A stretch of 63,503 nt of DNA, the filler included, from Patellaria atrata CBS 101060 (lineage: Eukaryota): assembly GCA_010093705.1 (NCBI GenBank). It is 5 parts of 4 records of this genome, joined end to end, with 100 filler letters (N's around TTAATTAATTAA, not from the genome) between each part and the next. Parts side by side here need not be neighbours in the genome. Positions count along the whole stretch, not along the records: positions 18,655 to 44,769 come from MU006129.1; 4 more parts are not named here. The stretch is one strand, 5' to 3'. A program made the translations under genes and the position numbers. The notes beneath the pieces were generated by a model. It had not been told where the DNA came from. It did not search any database and worked only from the letters and a program-made list of their open reading frames with translations. Shown here piece after piece: positions 31,143 through 43,800 of this stretch (the first letter of the stretch is position 1; every line of letters begins with the position of its first letter).

Positions 31143-32769
31143 TTACAATTGATCAATGATCGAAAAATAGAATCCTGGTTTTAATCTGCAATACTGCGGC
31201 CTTTCAGTCTCGTATTTGTAACTAGTAAGCCTAACAATACCGAAGATCATACCTGTGGCGCGCATCATGTTGACCATTTCTCGATTAGGGCAGAAGAGGG
31301 CAGGGTTCTCTACAATGGTATGGTATAATCCAGAGAACGGTGAACACCATGCAAGATTTAACGACGGACGAACTTCTAGTACCCAGGAGGGCAGATAGTT
31401 GCGGTCCGTGATATGGATTATTAGCTGTTGATTAATCGTGGTGTCGATATCTACATCTTTCGGATCTGTGTTGCGCCGTCTCCGGCATAGTCCCGCCGAA
31501 TAAATTTGTGTGTTTAGGGAATATCTCCTAGTCAATTCCGTATAAGCTTCGGCTACGGTTTTGTTATAATCAGGAATTATGGAGTACGGGGATTTCGTCA
31601 TTGCGCATTGAGTAGACTCTGTCACGGTCGTCGGAACAAACCCTGTTGCTCATCTGTCTCCCGACAAGCTGTGTCATGGAATGATGATTTCTATTACTAC
31701 GCCGATACGGCATTCTAAAGACATCCCGATGTCGTAAAAGCTCCCAGGCCGACTTGACACCATCCAGCCTCGGTTGTTATTCTAGTGGCAATTGTCTATA
31801 AGCTCCGCGAAGTATTTCTAAAACGCAGGCGGAAGTAGTCCAGTCCATGGTATAATGTCCACAAGACATAACTAGCTTTGCGGCCAAGGTGACTTCTTGA
31901 ACAATCCATACTCCATTAAACCACGAGTGAAAGAGGGGATAGTCGACATGGGCTTTGACAGCATCGTGAGCGAGATTTATCGCTTCGTCATCGAAGATGT
32001 TGACAGAAAGGTAAACTACCATGGAACCATGGACCGAGGCCAGTAAACCTCACTACTGATCTCAAAAGATTCCGCATTCAATGAAAGATTTACTATGAAG
32101 TTCATAGCGTCCGTTGCGCATCCCGAGGCTAGCGCAAGTCATACTCGGACATTTTTTGTCTTGCTGTAAATATCAACCATGATAGCAATTTACTGGGCCT
32201 TCTCAGCTGTGTCCGCCTGATAAATATAGATAGAATCCGCTCACAGTTTTTGGGCGATTTTCAAAGCTTGATTTTCCAGGAAGAGAGTTTGATTAAACTT
32301 GGGATAGTTGCCCTAAGCGTATGATATAGCTTCATTTTCGCATTTTGAGTTGAGTTTGTGAACCTTGAGATGGTCTCTTAGCCTTGAGGGATCACCGTAG
32401 GCGGGTTCTAGGTGAAGGACTCGAGTGTAGTCTCGGCCGGTAAGTCGATGATATTAGAACGACTTGAACAGAGTGATGAGATAGCAATCCTTTTCTGGCG
32501 GACCTAAGCTCGAAATGTTTGGTCGTGCAATGTTGTCCGGTAAAAAGAGGTAAAGCTGCGGAGTCCCTAATGACGTTCTTCCCGAAATATTTCGTTCCAT
32601 ATACGGCTCGGGCTTCTCTCCGCTCGTCGTTTTCATTCCATGTCTTCGAGTTATGTTGTGGGGCTAGATCAGCGAGTGGTTGGTTGAAATTATTGTAGAA
32701 ATGTCCTGGAAAATGATCCCTCATTTGCTTAAAGGTCGCTACGATATATCCGTATGGATTGCTCCACAT
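31143..32769 (-). pseudogene. HET-6-like HET-domain pseudogene
   Basis: Broken frames give EAISYA, L*ADSIYIYQAD..EKAQ*IAIMVDIYSKTKNVRV*L, WFNGVWIVQEVTLA, IPDYNKTVAEAY and LPSWV, with stops and frameshifts. Confidence 0.8.
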
Positions 32770-33738
32770 TCAGGACGACCTGTACGAACTGCTCGGTAGT
32801 AGCGGTCTTTTGATCGGCCTGCTATGGCGTGTACGTTCTGGAAGTCTATCTATAGACGTACCGTCGGGCGGTTGGCCCCCCATGTCCAGTAACTTTTGTT
32901 GAAGTGCTACGACCTTTCCTTAGGTGCCTGGTAGGAACAACTCTCGGGCTATCTTTCGTTACGGGCAGCGTCCTAGTCTACACTTATTACTATGTCTAGT
33001 TTAGTTGACCACAGTATATTATAACTATAGTGGTATTACAAGCCAGTCTACAAGTCAGTCTACTATACCTCCCCAACGAACGGATCGTAGCGCTGTCGAT
33101 TCGAGACTCCTAAACTTTGGAATCTCCAAATTCTAAGGAGAGATATACCGTTCTCGAGGTCGGAAAATACCGTCTAGTACTCAAATCACTTTAAATCCGT
33201 CGTCTTATAAAAGATTTCGTAGGTAGAATCCATAAGAATAAGCTTATTATATAAGGTACTGTCACAGCGGTCCAAAGCGTTCACCAAATCAGTTAAGTTT
33301 GGAAAGGTGGAACGGGCCGGAGTTGAGCCGGCCACTACCTTGCTGTAAGGAGCAATAAAGCGAAACCTATATCTATTTCTACTTCTCTCCTTTCTCTTCG
33401 GTTTAAGCTTTTTTTCTTTTCCAGTAGGTAACAAGTAACGATACCATCATAATTGCGTCCCGAGTGCTAGAGTACGCCACGTGAGTTCGTGATATATTAC
33501 AATTGAGCGCACAGGTCACTGTGGTAAGACGTATGGCTCGGCTTCCCCATCCAATAAGCCGGATTTACGATCTTACTTAACCACTTATTCATTAAGCGGG
33601 GGCTAATCCCCATTCTAATTCAGAATGGCTCTGCACTTAAGGCTTTTAATCCAAGAGCTGAATCATCCCATCTCAAAGGCACAGTTATCCCTCATTCTTT
33701 TCGACGACAAACCTCACCAATGTAACCGAATCATCAAC

Positions 33739-34998
33739 ATGGCCCCTTCTCGTCTGTTATCGCATCGCTCATTCGACGCGTCCATTGCCTCGGATCAACT
33801 TGAAAGTCAATGGGTTCTACCGGGCGATGTCTTCAGTGTTCTGCTTATTCTGGGAGGAGATGTCGTTGCTCGCGCACTCGCGCAACTCGCGGGCGGTGGA
33901 CTGACACCTGTCTCCTTTTCCTTCGGTAAGTTTGGCTTCCCTGTAAATCGATTGAGTGCTATACAAAGGCGCTAATATACTCATCATACAGGATGGGTGG
34001 CGTACTCGATCTCGGCTCTCGTCTCTAGCTTTGGCGAAAACAAGCTCATGCCACAGGACCCGGATTGCCATTGCAAGATCATCAATGGCAAGTCTGGCTA
34101 CTCCAGAGATAACACGAGCTGGATCTTGGGCAGAATGATGCGGGACTTCGACCACTGGCGCGATCCAGCTACAAAGCGGAAGACTGTTGAACTGCTAGAT
34201 CTGAAGTGGGAACAGATGAAATCCAAAACGCCTGAAGCGACGCGACCCACAAGGGCCGGGCTCGTGGTTACCGTCTACCAACCGAGCACCACCAAGCCTG
34301 CCGGTGTGCCAGAGCGCGATTATGTCTATTGGAGTGGAATTGCGACTCTCATAATGCAGCTAGGCATCGCGGCCGTACCGTGTGGACTTTTCGGTGACTG
34401 GGGGATCTTGATGATAACGGTATGTGGGTCGGCGCTTTCCCTAGTGACGGGCTGCCTCCCGCAGTGGGCGAACGAGAAGTGGTCTTGCCGCCGCGGGTCG
34501 AAAGATAACTTCATAATGACACGAGGCAACGGCTCCCAGCATGCGGTCGTTATCCTTGGCAATGGACATGGTTTGAACCTCGAAGACCTCGCCGCAGGAC
34601 AAGACAACATCGAAGTCTCGACGAACAAGCTAACGCGCGCGTCACTCTTCATTCTCGCGACACTCTGGATACTTCTCCTTATCAGTGCTGCCGGAATGAC
34701 GGCCAATACATGGTTTTTGCTCGCTGTCGGTGCTGTTGGAATAGTCCAAAATGTCTTCGTGGCAGGCTGGAGTCGGAGACCAGAGAACTTTGGCATTCCA
34801 CTCGATTTTGTTAAGGTCATTGGGCACCCGAAGGTTATGGATACGTTGATCGAGGTAGAAGATCGGTGCCCGCGTTTGGGTCAGAGCATGCGTGACGAAT
34901 TTTTCCCTGGAAAGCTGAATGAGAAAGAGGAAAAGATCTGGGAGCAATTTGAGCAAAAAGCCCGAAAAGCTCCTAAAACCAATGGCAATTGGACTTAG
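33739..34998 (+). CDS. Conserved fungal membrane protein of unknown function; intron 33926-33991
   Basis: VLLILGGDVVARALAQ...PVSFSFG|WVAYS, SWILGRMMRD, LPQWANEKW, TRGNGSQH, LNLEDLA. Canonical intron GTAAGT...CTAAT...CAG. Confidence 0.85.
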
Positions 34999-35753
34999 AC
35001 ACAATCAAAGCCTATGCTCTACTGTACACCGCCAACCGAAAGATCATTCATAAGTAACACCGGATTTCAGCATCGAGATACCTGACAACTGACCACAACA
35101 CCTTCGTATGCGAGTAATTACAGAGTCGCCGAAGATGTCTGAGATACACGTCTAGAGATGTTTAGAGCACAAGCCCCACCATAAGGTGCGATAGAACGGC
35201 GGCGCTGGGATGTCTGCTGAGCGGAGAGCATGCGAGCTGTACAAAACGTACTAGGACACGCCCTCGGCAGTCTCGGCGCTGTATGCAATCATGCTACTGT
35301 GGACGTGAGACATACCGGTGAAGTAAAAAAAAAACGAGCATTCTGGGACGAGCTGAACGAGAGGGATGAGATGCAGGGTGATGATGCCTATGGCATGTGC
35401 AGCTTATTCATAAGTCATTGGACAAGACAGCAAGCCTAAGCGAAGAGATCCTAAAAGAAGGTCCTCGGAACGAATTGTAGCGCTGTTGATCAGAAACCGA
35501 ACAACGTCCTCATGCAAAACCCTCCTAGACTTTAGGATTTCAAAAATCTAAAGAGATATTCTATTCTCGAGAGCAAAAGCATCATCTTACACTTCTAGTT
35601 CCTCGGGGTGGGTACCGAGAACCCCCCCTGGTATTCAAGCCGGCACTTGTCCACACTGGGGGTAAATACCTACTTTCTACATGAAGAGTTTGCTGTTATG
35701 CCCGCCAAAACCTCCAGATCTCACCCAGATATGTCTGTTATTGATGTGATTCA

Positions 35754-37162
35754 TTAAGCAGATGTGTTAACTGTTTTGACAAATTCACACTCTTCACTGT
35801 TTGCAAAGTGCTGACCTTTACAGTTAGCACATATAGGAGTCAAATGCTTGCACGGCCTCCCTGTTATCATGCAAGTCTGGCAAGCATGATCTTTTGAGAG
35901 ATGGTTTCCAGCACAGAACTTGCAGGTCTTTGATAAGCAGTTTTCTGCACTGTGATTGACTTCTAACACCTAGTGTATTGGTTAGAGTCCGGGACCTCCA
36001 TATACTTAATAACTGTAATGCCTGCTACCTGGATTTTTAGGTGTGCTGGGATCTTTTTTCTGATCTCTTTAGTCTCCACTGCAAAGGCAATAGAGCCATA
36101 CCTGGCAGTTTCTCTTTCCTCTCTTTTTGACAGCCATCTTGGCCTTCCAACAATTGTGAAAGAGTTAAAGGTTTTAATCTCTTCCTTTAATATTTGCATG
36201 CCCTCTGCTTCTTGGAATGGTTGGATGGGCACTCCATGGACAATGACCTTTGCCCAGGGCTCTATCTTCTGGTCCCTTTGAAATTGGAAGAACTCTTGCC
36301 AAATGTGTTTGTGCTGTTGTAGGAATTCAGCTGTGTAATCTTCTGTTGTTGTTAAGATGATGTTCCGTCTTTCTTTTGACCTGCCAATGGTTACCATCAC
36401 TCGCTGCCCTAGTTGCAGCTCCTTTTTAAACTTTTGATTAATTTTGTTGCGAGTGGAATAGGGTTCAAGCAGTTCTTTATCCTCTGCAACTAGAACTTAC
36501 GGTCGTTTTTGTAACTGTTGCTTTTGCTTTTTAGCTGAGAAAGCTTTCTGAGAAATTGTGTTTGCTGTGAATTTGCCGGGCTGAGGTATGTTGGACTTGA
36601 CTACAGTCAAAAGTAGTCTTTGGTGCTAGGCTCTTCTTACCCCCCGTCTTTACTGCTGGGAATTAGAAATCTTGCCATCTCTGCGTATGATTTCTTCTGG
36701 GTGACTTCTTGTGTCACTCTTTCTTTGACAATACTTAGGTCCTCTCTGATAGAAAGTAGAATAGACCTCTCTGGTGCAAATGGCTTTCTCCCTTGTTGAA
36801 TGGCTGTGAGTGCTTCTAAAAGGCCTTGGATCTGAATCTGGGTTTCTAGATTGGTATATGCTTGCATTCCTTTCTTAGCCATATTATATTTCTGGTCTAA
36901 GCATTCTCTTCCTCCTATACTATGCTCTTGATTTTGTATAGCTTTTTTTACTTCTCTAGTAGTTTCCTGGGGTGAGGAGTTTAAAAAGGGTCATTTTTGG
37001 CCTGGAAGTAATGTCCTTCTGGGGGGGCTGGTTTTGTGGTTGGGTCTTAGGTTGGGCCAGGCGGATCTCTTCATTTGAATCTTCTGATAATCCTGTATTA
37101 TCGTCTGATATATATTGAGGTGTTGATGGTCTTTGTGGAATTATAGTCAGCTGTTGTTGCAT
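35754..37162 (-). mobile_element. LINE (Tad1-like) ORF1/gag relic
   Basis: WAKVIVHGVP, RPRWL, YGSIAFAV and zinc knuckles CKFCAGNHLSKDHAC and CANCKGQH. Has stops and frameshifts; no RT seen. Confidence 0.75.
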
Positions 37163-37317
37163 ATTTTGTTTCTGCTTTAGTTGAGTCTTTGTAGTTGGTT
37201 GTGGCTTCGATTGCTGTAACTTTAGACGTTGTGATCGTTGCGATCTTAATCGATATGACTTTATTTGTTGTGGTTATTGTTTAATTGATGCTGATTGCTT
37301 GGCTTTGTCTGTTGTGG

Positions 37318-37388
37318 TGTGAGATTATACCACTACGGCAAAAGGCCGACCTTAATGCCGAGTTTGGCAGTAAGGCTTATATCTGACA
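37318..37388 (-). repeat. 3' mini-LTR (71 bp)
   Basis: TGTCAGATATAAGCC...ATAATCTCACA; a few substitutions relative to 40109-40179. Confidence 0.92.
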
Positions 37389-37621
37389 CACCCTTTTAGC
37401 ACTGGACTGATACCCTGTTCAGACAGTGCTGCAGCTCGCAACTATCTCCTCGTGGGTCTATACGATCTTTTAACGTGATGGCGAAAAGTTCAGTATCTTA
37501 CCCCTCAACTGGGCTCGAACTTGTGACGCCGTCTTTTATCACGTGATCTTCCAGGCTAGATACTCTGTGGGTGGCGCATTGGTGCTCTATGAATGAGCAT
37601 AAGGCAAGCCGGGCTCATAAC

Positions 37622-37916
37622 TTTCAGATATATGAATAGCTGATGGATTTAAGAATGTCGCTTGATTTTCTAAAGAGTGATTCTATCTGGTTATATACTG
37701 CAGGTGTGTACTAAAACGGACGGAACAGTATGAAATCTATGTCTCAGAAAATAACGAAAATAGCACTAACAGTAAGAACTAAAAGACAGTGTTATTTTAG
37801 TCTAGTAACCCTAGGTTACAACGATACCGTCATTGTGGTGGGATAGAACTAAGCGACTAGCTCGCAAGCCCCGGTCACCGCACAAATCAACACTCCGATA
37901 GCTCCACCATCTAACA
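37622..37916 (-). repeat. Family-A LTR with its own PBS, inside the mini-LTR element
   Basis: Homologous to 2427-2716 (TGTTAGATGGTGGAGCTATCGG..., AGTACACACCTGCAGTATATAAC) and followed by GTTATGAGCCCGG. Confidence 0.88.
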
Positions 37917-40108
37917 GTAGATACTATCTAACACAACATCACTGCTACCACTAGGAGTTGCCAGCAGACGGACTCACAAAACTCCTACCCCCTCAAAAAC
38001 ACCAAATCTTTCTCCAACAGCTGGGGATGACCGATATCCAGCATCACGGGCTCGTTTTGAGCAAAACCCCAAATGTCTGACATATCCCGGTTTTCCTGAG
38101 TCTCCTGAGTCTCCCGTGCCAATCCTTCAGCAAGCTCCTGGGCGAGCTGTTCGGACGGATCCTGAGGGAAATTCTCTATGACATCACCAAAATCGGCACT
38201 TTGAGGCTTTGGTCAGGGCGCAGGTTTCGCATTCGGACGTTGAGGGCCCTCTGCCGAATACTTCCGCTCCGACCACGTTGGCCTGGAGATGTTCGAGGAT
38301 CTCTGGTCCGGGGTGGGCGAGCATTTTGTGCCATTTCGAAGCCGGCGCCGACAGTGCTGGCCTGGGCTTTGCGGAGCGGGCTATCATGGCAACGCGCTGT
38401 TGATTGAGGTCTAATTCGACGTGGTGAAGAACATATAAGTCATCAATGAGATGGACTTTACAAACTTCCTTTCCGTCTGAATCCTCGAAAATCCCGGCAC
38501 GAGCGTTGTGGTAAACTCCTCGTTTTTGAGCACAAGATTAAGAGATAATCGATGTCCGGAACTACGGACAAAGATATGCATCTGTTATTTTGAGATAGTC
38601 TCTTCCGTGAGGCGTTTCCACGGGGACTTGGAAGCTTCCAATGGCTTCAACTGGCACGGAGCCGGATCCAAGGCCGAGTCTCAGCTCCGGGTCCACCTCT
38701 TCAATGGTGAAGATAGACGGATTGTTGCAAACTTGGATATCGGCGCCTCCGTCGAGCAAGAAGCTGGCAGCGAATTTGAAGGGAATATCTTCAGGGAGGC
38801 TTGTCGTCATAAGCGTCACTTGTTGTTTAGGCTCATTTGAGCTTTTAGAGTCGGATTTTTGTTGTTTCTTGTTCCTTTCTCTGATCCTGTCAATGGTACC
38901 CTGAACACGTTCATTTGCTTCCTTATAGCGCTCGTTCACCTCTTGTTACATCTTCTCTGAGTAGTTGTCTGGCTTCTTGGCTCTAGGGTTGATATAATGG
39001 CACGAATTGAAGGAGTGTTTTATCCCGCAGAGGCATGTTGGCCACTCCTTTTGGGACGCTGTTTGGGACGACGTTTGGGAAGTTTGAGCAGTATAGGATT
39101 TCCCAGGTTTCCCTTTTCCGTCACTGTCGCCTGAGGATGCATTAGACTCTCCCTGGAAAGTAGCAAGAGCTGTGCTTGCTGAGCTGGCTCTGATGTTACT
39201 CTGGATAGCTTCAATGTTGCGATAATAATTAGTGAATTCCGAGATAATGTCATAAACACTGTCGACATGTTTTTCGGGTTCCCTAGTTTGTGTGTCCTCC
39301 TGGTTCCTGTGTACATACGTGGTTAAAGGCTTATTTCTCACCTGTCTGATCAACTCCTTCTGAGCTGATGTCGCCTACTGAGCATCCACCCTTTTGAGGC
39401 ACTTAAGCAGCTCAAATTCGAGCATATTACCTTGATATTGGGGGTGATTGGCCAGCTTATACTCCGAATAGAGAATCTCAAAGCGGGATAACCAGTCCAG
39501 AATGCCAGTCTTTTTGACGGTGGATCTTAGTTTGTACAGACGAGTGTCCAGCTCTAGATAGGTGACTCTATCGTCCGGCTGAAAGCGCTTTTTCAGCTCA
39601 ACTCGTCGTTCATAGAGAGTATCAAGACCCAAGATAAACGCTAGGCTTTGTGTCGAGACGGAGTCAAAGACGAACTGGTCGATTTGAGCCAAAGTGGTCC
39701 GTGCGAGACGATATTCCTCGTAATCCGTCCTGTAGAGAGCAGCTGCAATCGGATTCTCAGTTATCTCCCGGCTGGGAGGTGTCAAAACGGGGGGAGTATC
39801 CTTATACGGATCGCAATACTTCCACGCTGTGCCTGCCCTGACACGGATCATGCCAATCCACCTGGTCCAATCCGACGAGGTATGCAAAACAACGTTGGCT
39901 TTGCTGAGGTTTGAAGAAAGATTTGAAGACAACATCATGGCAACGGAGGTATCGAAAACCAGGTGGGAGTGGAGGATATTTGAGCAAAGATATGATCGAA
40001 AACCGGTGGATTTATAACACCACAACTGAGATCAAAAGATAGACAAATATCCGATATAACCACTTCAAAACACTGGTTTTAGAACCTAAGGCTAACCGGG
40101 CTCATAAC

Positions 40109-40179
40109 TGTGAGATTATATCACTACTGCAAAAAGCCGACCTTAATGCCGAGTTTGCCAGTAAGGCTTATATCTGACA
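40109..40179 (-). repeat. 5' mini-LTR (71 bp)
   Basis: Matches 37318-37388 and is followed by the PBS. Confidence 0.92.
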
Positions 40180-40821
40180 TGTGGACTGTAGGGCTATCAC
40201 TAGACCTTCCATCTCATCACTCTGGCCATCAATTGCTCTACCATCTTGAGGCTGCATTGTCTGCAACAATCAGGAATGGTTTTGCAACGACTTCTTGATT
40301 TAAATGGTATGCGTTTCAGCTGTAAAGCAGGTAATAAAAGTTTTTGTCAGAGATACTTTTGTGTTAGAGATCTGTTTTAATACCGTTTGACACAACGTGT
40401 CAAGCTAACGTTCCATACCACTATTTCCACTAGTCAGCATCACATTTACCCGATGGTAAGCTCCACCATATAAGGTAACTTAACACATCATGCAGCTTAC
40501 CAATAAACTCTGTTTTTGTCGGCGTGCTACTTGGAAAATAAGATAAGAAACGCTCTATCATAATATTCGTATTGCTTCTAGCGACTTAATTAAAGCGGAG
40601 TGTGCCTAATGAATACAACCGGCTTCATCGGTACTAGACCACGGAAGCTAGGCCCGTTTAACGCCTTCGCGTACACTGCCTCGACCGCTGACTTCACAAC
40701 CCACCCCCAGCCATTATAATCCATCAACCGCTTCTGTTGTCCCTCACAATTCGTAATCGCTATCTTTACCCCGGGCCGTTTGGTTCTCCTGCCGTCCCGT
40801 GCTAGAATCGATGTTATAGCG

Positions 40822-43800
40822 ATGCGACTTCTTCACTTTAATCATTCTGGAGGACTAATCTTGACGGACTTCGGCAGGAAGAGCATCCCGCCATATGCTA
40901 TTCTTTCACACAGATGGCGAGATGACGAGGTTCTCTTCGAAGATCTAGGAAGCGACACCTATAAAGAGAAGGATGGTTTTCGAAAGATTAAGTTCTGCGC
41001 TGAACGGGCGGCCCAGGATCAGCTCCAGTACTTCTGGATCGACACATGTTGCATTGATAAATGGAACCTCCGTGAGCGCTCGAAAGCGATCAACTCGATG
41101 TTTCGTTGGTATAGAAATGCAACAAAATGCTACGTATTTCTGTCGGATGTTTCGGTATCTACTGCGGCGGAGATACCCCAACGAAGTACCTGGGAGGCAT
41201 CCTTCCGGAAAAGCGAATGGTTTACTCGAGGTTGGACACTTCAAGAACTTATTGCCCCAGTATCGGTCGAGTTCTTTTCCAGTGAAGGACTGCGGATAGG
41301 CGATAAAATATCTCTTAAACAGCTAGTATGTGAGGTTACTGGCGTTCCACTTAAGGCGTTATCGGGTTGTCCCTTAGACGAATTCACTGTATCTAAGCGA
41401 ATGGAATGGGCCAAACATCGCAAAACAACTGAAGAAGAAGACAAAATATACTGCCTTCTTGGAATTCTCGATATCTCCATGCCTACCTCCTATGGCGAGG
41501 GAAAGGAGAAAGCATTAAGAAGACTCCAGATGGAGGTGGAAGCAGCTACTAGCGCACCATCTATCATTCCGTTTTCCCGAAACGATCATTTCGTGGGTCG
41601 AGAATCACAGCTTGCGGAACTGGAAGCAAAGCTCCTTAGAGACAAGCAAACTACAATATCAGCGATAGTAGGACCCAGAGGGATAGGCAAATCACAGCTA
41701 GCGCTTGAGCTTGCATATAAAATAAGACAAAGGAACAAGAACTGCTCTATTTTCTGGATTGATGCAAGCGATATAGATAGTCTCTATCAATCGTATATAA
41801 GTATTGCCCAAAAGCTCGATGTTCCAGGGTGGGACGATGAGAATGCAGACATCAAGCAGTTGGTGAAATTTCAGCTAAGTAAAAAGGATGCAAAGCAGTG
41901 TTTGCTAATTTTTGATAACACGGAGGATATAACCCTAGGGTCCGGCGGGTTCTCCACGGCACGAGCTACTCACTTACGCGACTACCTACCACAGTCGGAA
42001 CTATGTTCTATCATCTTCACAACAATTAACAGTGACACAGCCAAGAGTTTATCATCGCAAAATATTGTAGAGTTAGGGGAAATGACACCGGATACGGCCC
42101 AAAGGATGTTAGAAAACTATCTAAATACTCCGGTTTCAAGAAGTGAGCAGCAAGAGGCAAAGCTTTTACTACAAGAGCTATTGTATCTCCCCCTAGCAAT
42201 TGTCCAAGCAGCAGCGTATATTAATACTAGAAACGTTACGTTACAGAAGTACCGATCACAATTAGTCAGGCGAAAGAAAGAAGCTCTCGAGCGTGATAGC
42301 GAATTATCTAAGGATAAGCTACAGGAGTACGGTATAAAAAGTTCTATAGCTACTACACTACTTATCTCGATGGACCAGATCCACCGTAGTGATACGCTAG
42401 CAGCAGACTATCTATTCCTTACCGCCTGCGTAGACCGAAAAGACATCCCGCTGGATTTTCTAGAAGCATCGTCTCCTCGTGAAAGGGAAGATGCGATAAA
42501 AGTTCTCAGCAGCTACGCGCTTATTTTAAGGCGGCCTGCCGAATCTGCACTCGATCTTCACCAACTAGTGCATGGCGCTCTACGGGAGTGGCTTCGAAAG
42601 CAGGAGAGGCTGGACCAATGGACCCGAAATGCTATTAAACAGCTACTCAGGGTGTTCCCAGATCCTTATCATGGTAATAGAAGTAAGTGGAGACGATTAC
42701 TTCCGCATGCTAAGTACGCTTTATCACATAGTCCCGTTGAACAAGAGGGCGGGAATAGATTAACCTTGACATGGAAGTATGCTATGACGCTATATAGTGA
42801 TGGACGGTACAACGAGTCTGAAGAGTTATTTATGCAAGTGATGGAGACGAGGAAGAGGGTGCTTGGGGACGAGCATCCAGACACGCTGACTAGCATGGCC
42901 AACCTGGCTTCGACGTACAGGAATCAGGGGCGGTGGAAGGAAGCCGAAGAGCTGGAGGTGCAAGTGATGGAGACGAGCAAGAGGGTGCTTGGGGATGAGC
43001 ATCCAAACACGCTAATCGGCATGGGCAACCTGGCGTCGACGTATAGGTATCAGGGTGGGTGGAAGGAAGCCGAAGAGCTGGAGGTGCGAGTGATGGAGAC
43101 GAGCAAGAGGATGCGTGGGGACGAGCATCCAAACACGCTGACCAGCATGGCCAACCTAGCTTCGACGTACAGGAGTCAGGGGCGGTGGAAGGAAGCCGAA
43201 GAGCTAGAGGTGCAAGTGATGGAGACGAGGAAGAGGGTGCTTGGGGACGAGCATCCAGACACGCTGACTAGCATGGCTAACCTGGCGTCGACGTACAGGA
43301 ATCAGGGGCGGTGGAAGGAAGCCGAAGAGCTGGAGGTGCAAGTCATGGAGACGAGCAAGAGGGTGCTTGGGGATGAGCATCCAAACACGCTGACCAGCAT
43401 GACCAACCTGGCGTCGACGTTTTGGGATCAGGGATGGTGGAAGGAAGCCGAAGAACTGGACGTGCAAGTGATGGAGACGAGGAAGAGGGTTCTTGGGGAC
43501 GAGCATCCAGACATGCTGGCTAGCATGGCTAACCTGGCGTCGACGTACAGGAATCAAGGGCGGTGGAAGGAAGCCGAAGATCTGGAGGTGCAAGTGATGG
43601 AGACGAGCAAGAGGGTGCTTGGGGACGAGCATCCAAACACGCTGATCGCCATGGCAAACCTGGCGTCGACGTACAGGAATCAGGGGCGTTGGAAGGAAGC
43701 CGAAGATTTGGAGGTGCAAGTGATAGAGACGAGGAAGAGGGTGCTTGGGGACGAGCATCCAGACACGCTGACCAGTATGGACAACCTGGCGTCGACGTTT

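Larger units (their letters stand above)
37318..40179 (-). mobile_element. Internally deleted and rearranged Copia element with 71-bp LTRs and TGTGG target-site duplication
   Basis: LTRs at 40109-40179 and 37318-37388, PBS after the 5' LTR, PPT CTAAAAGGGTG before the 3' LTR, and TGTGG at both 37313-37317 and 40180-40184. Gag-protease-preintegrase (about 40025-38184, with stops) is homologous to the 13708 ORF. Confidence 0.92.
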
